DNA from: Candidatus Woesearchaeota archaeon
Lineage (GTDB): Archaea; Nanobdellota; Nanobdellia; Pacearchaeales; GW2011-AR1
Length of the DNA stretch: 64,000 bases
NCBI GenBank assembly: GCA_964514585.1
Contig: CAZETU010000004.1
Coordinates: 22,726 to 86,725 of the forward strand
Direction: 5' to 3'
The notes under the pieces are model-generated. The model saw nothing but the letters and a program-made list of their open reading frames with translations, was not told the origin of the DNA and did no database searches. The position numbers and the translations under genes were made by a program. Below are positions 27,083 through 35,886 of this stretch, piece by piece (the stretch's first letter is position 1; every line of letters starts with the position of its first letter).

Positions 27083-27541
27083 ATGGAACAATACAACTTC
27101 CAATACTGCCCAAAAATAATAATATTCTCAAAAGACAAATCAAAAGTACTCTTATGCAAAAGAAAAGGAGAAAACGACTACGACGGAACATTTGGGTTCC
27201 CGGGAGGAAAAATGGAAACAACCGACAACTCAATCATCGAAGGACTAGCAAGAGAGAAAAACGAAGAACTAAGCCCATCCTTCAAAATCAAAATCTTAAA
27301 AACATTCACAAACAACATCCTATTCAAAAAGAAAAACGGGAAATCCATGATTCTGCCATACTACCTAGCAATACATGAAAACGGAGAGGTAAAAATAAAT
27401 GAAGAATATTCAGAATACAAATGGGTCCAAATAAAAGATTTAGAAGAATTCGGCCCCAGAATGCCAAACATCCCTGAAGTTACAGAAAAAATGAAAAAAC
27501 TATTAACAATCTCAAAAGAACACGACTTCGAAATAATCTAA
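27083..27541 (+). CDS. NUDIX hydrolase
   Basis: Nudix box FPGGKME...GLAREKNEEL; EYSEYKWV. Confidence 0.9.
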   Translation: MEQYNFQYCPKIIIFSKDKSKVLLCKRKGENDYDGTFGFPGGKMETTDNSIIEGLAREKNEELSPSFKIKILKTFTNNILFKKKNGKSMILPYYLAIHENGEVKINEEYSEYKWVQIKDLEEFGPRMPNIPEVTEKMKKLLTISKEHDFEII

Positions 27542-27587
27542 ACCCAAAACAATAAACAAAATTAAATAACTCTAATTAAATATTACT

Positions 27588-28226
27588 TCAACCACTTCCA
27601 AAAGCCGCTTCTCCTCGAACAGAATCTGACAATTCATCTACAGTCTCAATATCCACCATTGCAACCGGCGCAATCACAACTTGAGCAACTTGATCTCCAG
27701 TTCTAATCACAAAATCCTCATCACTTGTATTCAAGAAAACAACCCCATATTCTCCAGTATAAGTATACTCGATTACTCCCCCAAGAATACAAATCCCCCT
27801 CTTATATGCCAAACCACTCTTCCCCCGAATCGAAGCGAAATAACCCTCAGGCAATTCCATCGCAATCCCCGTAGAAATCAACTGTCTTTTTCCAGCCGGC
27901 ACAACATAATCTTCACAAGAATGCAAATCTAAAGCAGCATCACCAGGATGTCCATAACTAGGAATGATAGCATTCTCCTTCAATTTTTTAATCTTCACTT
28001 TAACCGCCCCCTCGTCAATCAACTCAAACCGCTTAACCCTTCGACCATCCTCAAAAATCTTATCCCCACAAAACTCATCCAACAACCTAACCCAAGTCAC
28101 GCCATCACCGTAAAGAGCCTTATACACAACTAACATCTGATCCGTATTATCACAATTCCGCGCAACATCAACAATCTCATATTCGCCCCCCTTAAAATGC
28201 CGATACCGCTCTCCAACCTCAACCAT
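27588..28226 (-). CDS. dut: DUF1653-dUTPase fusion
   Basis: N-terminal YRHFKGGEY/VYKALYG/WVR domain, then trimeric dUTPase motifs AALDL, RGKSG, GGVIEYTYTGE, AQVVI, RGEAAFGSG. Start set at ATG 28226, downstream of a TATA-like tttataaa. Confidence 0.92.
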   Translation of the reverse strand: MVEVGERYRHFKGGEYEIVDVARNCDNTDQMLVVYKALYGDGVTWVRLLDEFCGDKIFEDGRRVKRFELIDEGAVKVKIKKLKENAIIPSYGHPGDAALDLHSCEDYVVPAGKRQLISTGIAMELPEGYFASIRGKSGLAYKRGICILGGVIEYTYTGEYGVVFLNTSDEDFVIRTGDQVAQVVIAPVAMVDIETVDELSDSVRGEAAFGSG

Positions 28227-28550
28227 AAAAAACAAAACAACTAACACTTTATAAAAATTATTACACTCTAATCTCCACTTCTTCAAACCGAACTCTCATC
28301 AATCAACTCAAACCGTTTAACCCTCCGTCCATCATCAAAAACTTTATCTCCACAAAACTCATCAAGCGACCTGTCCCAAGTCCCACCCTCGCCATAAAGC
28401 GCCTTATACTTAACTAACATCTGACCTGCATTATCACAATTCGGCGCAACATCAATAATCTCATACTCGCCACCCTTAAAATGCCGATATCTCTCTCCAG
28501 CCTCAACCATAAAAAACAAAACCCAAAATACTTTATAAAAATTATTACAC
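28010..28550. repeat. Tandem duplication (~284-bp period) of the DUF1653 module plus its promoter region
   Basis: accataaaaaacaaaac...ctttataaaaattattacac occurs at ~28222-28266 and ~28506-28550; the coding parts are near-identical. Confidence 0.9.
28283..28510 (-). CDS. Stand-alone DUF1653-domain protein, near-duplicate of the dut N-terminal domain
   Basis: MVEAGERYRHFKGGEYEIIDVA...KRFELIDE is nearly identical to the fusion's N-terminus. Confidence 0.88.
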   Translation of the reverse strand: MVEAGERYRHFKGGEYEIIDVAPNCDNAGQMLVKYKALYGEGGTWDRSLDEFCGDKVFDDGRRVKRFELIDESSV

Positions 28551-29246
28551 CCTGATATCTACTTTCTCAAAATACTCAACAGCAACAGCCTTCAATTTCT
28601 CCAAATATTCCTCACGCACATCCAATTCCGTCACCAAACTCTTATCTATCATCTCATGCCCAGATTTAAACCCCTGCAAAAATAAATTCTTAGGCTTGCC
28701 CCCACAAACATCATTCAACCACCGACCCATTTCCTCAACAACACTCTCGTCATGAAACTTATTCAAAATCGTCGTCCTAAACTCGTACTTCCCAAAATCA
28801 TAAATAATCTTCATCGACTTCTCAACCTTCTCAATATTAACATCAACCCCGACAACATTAGAATAATTCGCCCGAGAACTCTTAACATCCATCGCAATAT
28901 AATCAATCAAACCCTCGTCAATCAACTCTTTCAACTTGTCTGGAAACGACCCATTAGTATCAATCTTCACCAAATAGCCCATGGCCTTAATCTTCTTCAA
29001 AAAACCAACATCCAAAGTCATCAACGGCTCACCACCAGTCACACAAACAGCGTCCAGCTTCCCACGACGCCTCTCTAAAAATTCCAAAATATAACTCTCA
29101 GAAAAAATCTCACTATCACCTCCAAGTACCAACAATGGATTATAACAAAACCCACAACGAAAATTACAACCAAATAAAAAAATGGTACACGCAACTTTCC
29201 CTGGATAATCAACCAGAGTAGTCCTTTGCAAACCTAAAATTTTCAT
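28545..29246 (-). CDS. nrdG: Anaerobic ribonucleotide reductase activating enzyme (radical SAM)
   Basis: DYPG, CNFRCGFC, VTGGEP, KIDTNG, YEFRTT; GGAGGT SD upstream. Confidence 0.93.
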   Translation of the reverse strand: MKILGLQRTTLVDYPGKVACTIFLFGCNFRCGFCYNPLLVLGGDSEIFSESYILEFLERRRGKLDAVCVTGGEPLMTLDVGFLKKIKAMGYLVKIDTNGSFPDKLKELIDEGLIDYIAMDVKSSRANYSNVVGVDVNIEKVEKSMKIIYDFGKYEFRTTILNKFHDESVVEEMGRWLNDVCGGKPKNLFLQGFKSGHEMIDKSLVTELDVREEYLEKLKAVAVEYFEKVDIRV

Positions 29247-29258
29247 AAACACCTCCAA

Positions 29259-29284
29259 AAAAATTAAAAGGGGGGAAATCCCCC
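29259..29284 (-). terminator. GC hairpin plus U-tract (intrinsic-terminator-like) between the nrdD fragment and nrdG
   Basis: Minus strand reads GGGGG-ATTT-CCCCCC-TTTTAATTTTTTT. Confidence 0.6.
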
Positions 29285-29291
29285 AGGAAAT

Positions 29292-29414
29292 TTAACAATC
29301 GGAACAGAACATAGAACGATCCTTAAACTCTTCTAGTTTACCGTCGTTCCATCGAGCAGTCGGTCTCAAATATCCGCAAACCCTGCTCCAAACTTCACAC
29401 TTAGTTCTCCCCAT
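29292..29414 (-). CDS. nrdD: Separate C-terminal glycyl-radical fragment of class III RNR (~40 aa)
   Basis: Hand translation MGRTKCEVWSRVCGYLRPTARWNDGKLEEFKDRSMFCSDC carries the NrdD SRVxGYLRP...WN.GK..EF..R motif. GGAGGTG SD 6 nt upstream; alternative start at 29420. Confidence 0.9.
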   Translation of the reverse strand: MGRTKCEVWSRVCGYLRPTARWNDGKLEEFKDRSMFCSDC

Positions 29415-31635
29415 TGGCATCACCTCCAAAATTTAGTTGAGATTCAAAATTAACACTCGAAACACTAGGGGCCGACAAATTGTCCTCAACAACAACATTG
29501 GCAACCTTCAAAACAGGAACTTCTGCAACCGGAGCAACGACGACTGGAGCTTCAGCAATAGGGGCTTCAGCAATTTCCTCAGGTTGTACCTCAGGCAAAA
29601 CATCTTTAGCAACAGGAGTTGTATGTGCCTCAGCTTCAGCAATATCAGCATCACACTTAGGACAATATTCATGTTCCCCAGCCAAATAACCATGAATCGG
29701 ACAAATCGAAAACGTAGGAGTAATTGTAAAATAAGGCAAATGATAATTATTAGAAATCTTTTTAACCATCGTCCTAACAGCATCCTTACTCAGCTTCTCC
29801 CCAACAAAAGTATGAAACACCGTTCCCCCAGTATACTTACATTGCAAGTCATCCTGCAAATCAAGCGCCTCAAAAACATCATCAGTATGATTCACTGCCA
29901 ACTGTGTCGAATTAGTATAATACGGCTTCGCCCCGTCCTGGTACGCCTTTTCATTCGCAACCAAAATTCGGCCAAACCTTTTCTTATCAATCCGTGCAAA
30001 CCTATAAGTCGTACCCTCACCCGGAGTCGCCTCAAGATTGTAAATACTATTAGTCTCTTCCTGATATTCCTCAAGCTTCTCTCTCATAAAATCCAAAACC
30101 TTAATAGAAAAAGCCATCCCCTTCTCCGTCGCAATATCCTCACCAGGCATAAAATTAGTAATCGACTCATTCATACCCAAAAGTCCAATCGTCGAAAAAT
30201 GATTCTTCCAATACTCTCCAAACCGTTGATGAACCTGTCTCAAATAAAACCTAGTATACGGATAAAGCCCCACATTAATAAACTGCTCAATCGTCTTCCT
30301 CTTAATCTCAAGGCTCTCCTTCGCCAACTCCATCAATCTAGCCAGCCGCGCCATATAGTCATCTTCACTCGTCGACACATAACCAAGTCTAGGCATATTA
30401 ATCGTCACAACCCCAATCGAACCAGTCAAGGGATTAGAACCAAATAAACCACCACCCCTCTTCTTTAGTTGAGTATTATCAATACGAAGACGACAACACA
30501 TACTTCTAGCGTCCTCAGGATTCATATCTGAATTAACAAAATTGGAAAAATAAGGTATACCATACTTCGCCGTCATTTCCCAAAGTAAATCGTGGGAAGG
30601 ATTGTCCCAATCAAAATTTTTCGTAATATTATATGTCGGAATAGGAAAAGTAAAAACCTGCCCCGTCGCATCGCCCTCAAGCATGCATTCAGCAAACGCC
30701 CGATTAATCATTTCCATCTCAACCTCAAAATCCCCATAAGTCTCGCTCTGCGGTTGCCCACCAATAACAACATGTTCATCCTTCATATAAGACGGAATCT
30801 CCAAGTCCATAGTAATATTTGTAAACGGCGTCTGAAACCCAACCCTCGTCGGCACAGCCATATTAAAAATAAACTCCTGCATCGCCTGCTTCACCTGCTT
30901 ATAGTCCAACTTATCATAACGAACAAATGGAGCAAGTAAAGTATCAAAATTAGAAAACGCCTGAGCCCCGGCAGTCTCACCTTGTAAAGTATAAAAGAAG
31001 TTCACCATCTGCCCCAAAGCAGTCCTCAAATGCTTAGCAGGCTTACTCTCAACTTTCCCCTTAACGCCCTTAAACCCAACCGTCAACAAATCCTTCAAAT
31101 CCCAACCAACACAATAAGCACCAAGAGTCCCCAAGTCATGAATATGCAAATCACCAGCCTCGTGAACTTTCCGAATCGCCTCAGGATAAATCCGCCTCAT
31201 CCAATAATTCGTAATAATCTTCGTCGCAATATAATTATTCAACCCCTGCAACGAAAACCCCATATTAGAATTCTCCTTAACCATCCAATCATTCAAACCA
31301 ATATAATCATCAACTGCCTCAATCGTATCAAACAACCCCTTAACATCCCGTAGCTCCTGTCGGCTCTGTCTATACAAAATAAACGATTTAGAAACCTTCG
31401 CATGCCCCTCCTCAATTAAAACCTTCTCAACAAGATCCTGAACCTCTTCAACGTCAGGTATACCAAAATCCCCATAAGTTTCATCTAACTTTTCACAAAC
31501 TAAGCCTGCAAGATGCACCGACTTCTCTTTATCTTTCCCGCCAACAGCCTTAACCGCCTTCCAAATAGCGTCGGAAATTTTATCTTTCTGAAAGAATACA
31601 ACACACCCATCTCTTTTTCTTATTTTTTTAACCAT
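29401..31635 (-). CDS. nrdD: Class III (anaerobic) ribonucleoside-triphosphate reductase, large fragment lacking the glycyl loop
   Basis: N-terminal ATP cone, LHIHDL, AYCVGW, QTPFTN, RSMCCRL, YTGGTVFH, CPIHG...CPKC Zn site, then a low-complexity tail. No RVxGY motif. Confidence 0.96.
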   Translation of the reverse strand: MVKKIRKRDGCVVFFQKDKISDAIWKAVKAVGGKDKEKSVHLAGLVCEKLDETYGDFGIPDVEEVQDLVEKVLIEEGHAKVSKSFILYRQSRQELRDVKGLFDTIEAVDDYIGLNDWMVKENSNMGFSLQGLNNYIATKIITNYWMRRIYPEAIRKVHEAGDLHIHDLGTLGAYCVGWDLKDLLTVGFKGVKGKVESKPAKHLRTALGQMVNFFYTLQGETAGAQAFSNFDTLLAPFVRYDKLDYKQVKQAMQEFIFNMAVPTRVGFQTPFTNITMDLEIPSYMKDEHVVIGGQPQSETYGDFEVEMEMINRAFAECMLEGDATGQVFTFPIPTYNITKNFDWDNPSHDLLWEMTAKYGIPYFSNFVNSDMNPEDARSMCCRLRIDNTQLKKRGGGLFGSNPLTGSIGVVTINMPRLGYVSTSEDDYMARLARLMELAKESLEIKRKTIEQFINVGLYPYTRFYLRQVHQRFGEYWKNHFSTIGLLGMNESITNFMPGEDIATEKGMAFSIKVLDFMREKLEEYQEETNSIYNLEATPGEGTTYRFARIDKKRFGRILVANEKAYQDGAKPYYTNSTQLAVNHTDDVFEALDLQDDLQCKYTGGTVFHTFVGEKLSKDAVRTMVKKISNNYHLPYFTITPTFSICPIHGYLAGEHEYCPKCDADIAEAEAHTTPVAKDVLPEVQPEEIAEAPIAEAPVVVAPVAEVPVLKVANVVVEDNLSAPSVSSVNFESQLNFGGDANGEN

Positions 31636-31678
31636 CTATTTTTCCTTATGTATTTATGTTACTCTTTGAGCAACCATC

Positions 31679-32122
31679 TTATTTTCCTAATTTAGCAAGC
31701 TCATCTTTGAACTCATCAATATCTGCAAAGTCACGGTATACCGCAGCAAATCGAACATACGCAACCTTATCGACTTTCTTCAGCTTATTCATAACAATCT
31801 CCCCGATACGCGTACTCTTAATGTCCTTATCTTTAGCAACCCGATAAACATTCGCCTCAACCTCATCCACAATTCTTTCTATCTCAGCACTCGTGAATGG
31901 CCTCTTCTGAAGATTATTATCAATTCCCTCAAAAAGCTTAGCTCGCGAAAATTTCTGCCTCCGACCGTCCTTTTTAATAACGTTCAAATCCAACTCCACT
32001 CGCTCATACGTAGTAAACCGCTTACCACATTTCAAGCACTCTCGCCGCCTCCGAGTCAAAGATTCACTATCTCTTTTATCAGTAACTTTCGTTTCAGCAG
32101 CACAACAGTATGGACATTGCAT
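31679..32122 (-). CDS. nrdR: NrdR transcriptional repressor
   Basis: MQCPYC...RRRRECLKCGKRFTTYER Zn ribbon, ATP cone, VAYVRFAAVYRDF. Confidence 0.96.
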   Translation of the reverse strand: MQCPYCCAAETKVTDKRDSESLTRRRRECLKCGKRFTTYERVELDLNVIKKDGRRQKFSRAKLFEGIDNNLQKRPFTSAEIERIVDEVEANVYRVAKDKDIKSTRIGEIVMNKLKKVDKVAYVRFAAVYRDFADIDEFKDELAKLGK

Positions 32123-32141
32123 TTTTGTTATTTTATAATGA

Positions 32142-32157
32142 ATACAAGATATTGTAT
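32142..32157. promoter_or_regulatory. NrdR box 1
   Basis: atacaagatattgtat, a 16-bp imperfect palindrome; 13/16 match to ACACAATATATTGTGT. Confidence 0.8.
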
Positions 32158-32173
32158 CTCGCACCCCTTTTTG

Positions 32174-32189
32174 CCACAATAAATTGTGG
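32174..32189. promoter_or_regulatory. NrdR box 2
   Basis: ccacaataaattgtgg, a 16-bp palindrome; 13/16 match; starts 32 bp from box 1. Confidence 0.85.
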
Positions 32190-32347
32190 GCGTAAGAGAA
32201 TATTAACCAAAAGAGTATTTAAAGATTATTGTCCTCCAGCTACTATTTATGTTAACTATAGTAAACATTGTAGACTGACAGTTACTTTTTTCAAATGATT
32301 ACGCATCTTTAAGAACCTCTCACATCAAAACTCCCATAAAGAATTCA

Positions 32348-33592
32348 TTAATAAAAAGAAAACCTTTTACACAACTCCCCAACCTCTAACTTAATCTTAG
32401 AACAAACAGATTCATCAGACAAATTTTCAATAACATCAGCAATCCAATTCCCAACGATAATCATTTCATTCTCCTTCATACCCATAGTTGTCAAAATCGG
32501 GACACCCAACCTAATTCCAGATGGTTTAAACGGAGTAGATGGATCAAACGGAACAGTGTTGGCGTTAGTCACAATTCCCGCTTCCTCCAAAGCAACAGCA
32601 ACCTCTCGACCCCTGCCCGGCTCACCAATAGCAGAAGTCTTAATCAAATCAATCAAAATCAAATGATTATCGGTCCCATCACTAACCAACTTAATATTCC
32701 TCTTCTTCAAGGTCTCCGCCAAAATAAAACAATTATCAATAATCTGCTGAGAATATTTTTTAAACTCTGGCTTTAACGCCTCGCCAAAAGCAATTGCCTT
32801 AGCCGCAATCGTATGCTCATGAGGACCGCCCTGCAACCCCGGGAAAACGGCCTTATCAATTGCCTTACCAAATTCTTCCTTACACATAATTATTGCACTC
32901 CTAGGACCTCTCAAAGTCTTATGCGTTGTCGTCGTCACAAAATCAAAATCCGGAAACGGAGTTGGATGAACACCACTAGCAACTAAACCAGCAACATGAG
33001 AAATATCCGCCAAACAATAAGCTCCAATCTCCTTAGCAATTAAAGCGAAGGCCTTAAAATCAATCTCTCGAGGATAAGCCGTCGCCCCACAAACAATCAT
33101 CTTCGGCCTCTCGCGCAAAGCAATCTCTCTAACCTTCTCCATGTCAACAATTCCAGTTTCCTCCTCAACACCATAAGAAACAAAATCATAGTCTTTCCCA
33201 GAAAAATTCACCTTCGACCCATGAGTCAAATGTCCACCATGCATCAAATCCATTCCAAGAATCTTATCCCCCTTCTCCAAAACCGCAACATAAACCGCCA
33301 TATTCGCAGGACTCCCAGAATTCGGCTGCACATTTACATGTTCAGCCCCAAACAATTTCTTCGCCCGCTCAATCGCCAAATTCTCAACCTTATCAACAAA
33401 CTCATTCCCTTGATAATACCTCTTCCCAGGATAACCCTCTGCATACTTATTATTAAAAACCGAACCACACGCCGCCAAAACATCCTTAGAACAAAAATTC
33501 TCCGAAGGAATCATATTCAAAGTCGTCTTCTGTCGCTCCAACTCGTCAACAACGATCTCATTCACCTCAGAATCCAAAATCCAAAAAGTCAT
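32348..33592 (-). CDS. glyA: Serine hydroxymethyltransferase
   Basis: MIPSENF, KYAEGYPGKRYY, GGHLTHG, TTTTHKTLRGPR (PLP Lys), FPGLQGGP. Confidence 0.97.
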   Translation of the reverse strand: MTFWILDSEVNEIVVDELERQKTTLNMIPSENFCSKDVLAACGSVFNNKYAEGYPGKRYYQGNEFVDKVENLAIERAKKLFGAEHVNVQPNSGSPANMAVYVAVLEKGDKILGMDLMHGGHLTHGSKVNFSGKDYDFVSYGVEEETGIVDMEKVREIALRERPKMIVCGATAYPREIDFKAFALIAKEIGAYCLADISHVAGLVASGVHPTPFPDFDFVTTTTHKTLRGPRSAIIMCKEEFGKAIDKAVFPGLQGGPHEHTIAAKAIAFGEALKPEFKKYSQQIIDNCFILAETLKKRNIKLVSDGTDNHLILIDLIKTSAIGEPGRGREVAVALEEAGIVTNANTVPFDPSTPFKPSGIRLGVPILTTMGMKENEMIIVGNWIADVIENLSDESVCSKIKLEVGELCKRFSFY

Positions 33593-35817
33593 AACAAAGT
33601 ACTCTTGGCTTCAGTTTGTTCCTCAGCCTTCAACCGACCAAGCTCCTCCTCAGAATAATTGCAAACAATATACTTCGCCAAAATCGGATACCTCTCTTTC
33701 ATTATCTCATAAACCCTATAAGCGATTCTCCTATACGAATCATGCGCCAACGGAATCGTCCTCAACTTAATCAAATGATACAACTCCCTTAAATTCATCG
33801 TAATCAAAAACCTCTTCCTAAATCCAAGCGGCAAAAGATACTGCGCCTGCCACGGATACTTCTCACGAACCCTATCGTAAACAACCTTCGCCTTTTCCAT
33901 CGCAAGTCGATACTCACTTTCAACCCCAGCAGCCACGATATCTTTCGGAATATCATAGCCAAGGTCAGCAGTAAAAAGAGGATTCGTCTGAGTACAAATC
34001 CTATGCCTCTGCAAATCACGAAAAGCCCCATAATCCATCACAATCTCAAAACTAAAACTCTCATGCTCTAATTCCCTCATCGGATAATCAAATTCCCCCA
34101 TCTTCCCAAGGTAATCATCCAAAACTCTTTCCTTATCAAAAACACTCATCAAAGCAACCTCTCGACTAATCTTATCAAACGACTTATTATTAAATCTATA
34201 CAAAATAGAAGAAACAATTCTATCCTCAGGATTTTCAGGAACCCCAACCAACTTCACCTTCTCCCCATCAAAATTATTATCACCAAAATCATAACTCTGC
34301 ATCGCATCCTGTGTATCACAAATATAATTTTTCTTATCCGCAAATTCCAATAAAGACGGCAAAACCTTCCGCCCCTCAACTTTCAACATCTCGCCAATCT
34401 CCTTCATCTCTTTCAGCGGATGCGACGAAAGCTTCGAAATAGCATGCGACAACTGTCTAGCATTAAGAGTCCACCCAAGGCTCGTCTTAGTACAGGTCGG
34501 AAGCAAATAACGAATAGCATCAAATCTCCGAGAACCACAAGCCCTTTCCCAAGCCGCCTTTGATCCCCCCGCCCCAAAAGGAGCCGAACCCTTGACATAA
34601 TCCAAAACTGGAACATGTAGCTTCGTATAAGTCTCAAAAAGATAATCCAACATCTCACCAATCTCACCAACAAATTCAGAATTCTTCAAAACAGGATCAA
34701 GATAAAACGAACTCCTATTAAACGAAACATACCTCGTAGACTTTTCGCAAAAAGAAGCCAATCTATTATCCTCAATAATCTTCGTCGCCAAAATACTCAC
34801 TCCCTCAAGACCAAATCCAACAACAGCCCCCTCAGCAATAGAACTATGACCATAACCAAGAACCCATTTCTCCATAAATTGAATCGCCTTTTCCGTCGCG
34901 TGCTTAGTCGCCTCCCCAGCACCAGTCTTCTTTAACTCAGCAACAAGCAAATTAAAATTACTTTCATCCTCCTTCAGTAAATCCAAAAAACTATCCCTCA
35001 ACCCGCCCTGAGACCGGCTATATCTCGCCTGCATCAAAGCCCAAACCTCAGGATGAAAATTCTTAGTAGCAAAAATCGAGCTATCAACATTAGTAAAAAA
35101 ATAATCCAAAACCAATCTTTCGTCAGAACTATAACTCAAACTATCACCCAACTTCTCCCAAAGTTCCTTATGAATTTCTTCTGGTGTCTTCAAAGAGGCC
35201 ATCGTTCCATCAGGCGCACAATTAATCTTAATCCAACCATACAACTCCGCCAAATGCAAATACGACTCCTCCGCATTCCTCATATGCTCCTCATTACTCT
35301 CATGCCCATCAATATCCCCCTTCTCGGAACGAAACCTAGAACCCCGATTCCCCATTAACTCCTGACTAACCCCATACGGCATATAAAGAAAAACAACGAC
35401 ATCAGGCCTCGGCAAACTAAAATTCTCATACTCCAACTCACGCAACCACTCAAAAAAACTCTCCCTCTCTATCTCATCACGAATCTTCCCTCCCTGGTGC
35501 CCCATATTAGACTCAACATATCTATCCAAAATCGTCACATTACCCTTCTTCAACTCGTCCTGAATAAACCTCTTTGACGCAAATCTATCCTCGGCATAAA
35601 AAATCGAAGCAACCTTCGCCGGAACCTCATTCGCAGGTCCAAGCCAACCATCAAGATACCGTCTCACAACCTTCCCAGTCGGCGTAGAATAATCCGGAAA
35701 ATCCAAAGCCACAACTCCACGATTCATCGATTTCAATTTCTCAATCAACAAATCAATCTGCGTAGATTTCCCACAACAATGACTTCCTTCAAAAACAATC
35801 AACTTACCCTTCCTCAT
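33589..35817 (-). CDS. thyX: Fusion of dTMP kinase with tandem-domain flavin-dependent thymidylate synthase
   Basis: N-terminal ~230 aa Tmk (FEG...GKSTQ, LDRY, PDVVVFL), then two ThyX halves (YGHSSIAE...EKSTRY; RDLQRHRICTQ...MNLRELYHLIKLRT). Confidence 0.9.
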   Translation of the reverse strand: MRKGKLIVFEGSHCCGKSTQIDLLIEKLKSMNRGVVALDFPDYSTPTGKVVRRYLDGWLGPANEVPAKVASIFYAEDRFASKRFIQDELKKGNVTILDRYVESNMGHQGGKIRDEIERESFFEWLRELEYENFSLPRPDVVVFLYMPYGVSQELMGNRGSRFRSEKGDIDGHESNEEHMRNAEESYLHLAELYGWIKINCAPDGTMASLKTPEEIHKELWEKLGDSLSYSSDERLVLDYFFTNVDSSIFATKNFHPEVWALMQARYSRSQGGLRDSFLDLLKEDESNFNLLVAELKKTGAGEATKHATEKAIQFMEKWVLGYGHSSIAEGAVVGFGLEGVSILATKIIEDNRLASFCEKSTRYVSFNRSSFYLDPVLKNSEFVGEIGEMLDYLFETYTKLHVPVLDYVKGSAPFGAGGSKAAWERACGSRRFDAIRYLLPTCTKTSLGWTLNARQLSHAISKLSSHPLKEMKEIGEMLKVEGRKVLPSLLEFADKKNYICDTQDAMQSYDFGDNNFDGEKVKLVGVPENPEDRIVSSILYRFNNKSFDKISREVALMSVFDKERVLDDYLGKMGEFDYPMRELEHESFSFEIVMDYGAFRDLQRHRICTQTNPLFTADLGYDIPKDIVAAGVESEYRLAMEKAKVVYDRVREKYPWQAQYLLPLGFRKRFLITMNLRELYHLIKLRTIPLAHDSYRRIAYRVYEIMKERYPILAKYIVCNYSEEELGRLKAEEQTEAKSTLL

Positions 35818-35886
35818 AAAAAACCCAATCTCCTATCCTTAATAAAAAAATATATACTCCAATATATATATTCCCCCTCAAGCTTC

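Noticed and set aside
27588-27590. Genome-wide UGA-to-Gly recoding suggested by the dUTPase TGA/GGA correspondence
   Set aside because: TGA is a real stop elsewhere, e.g. ATGA overlaps at rpoA/rpl30e (17494-17497) and thyX/glyA (33589-33592), and long genes contain no in-frame TGA.
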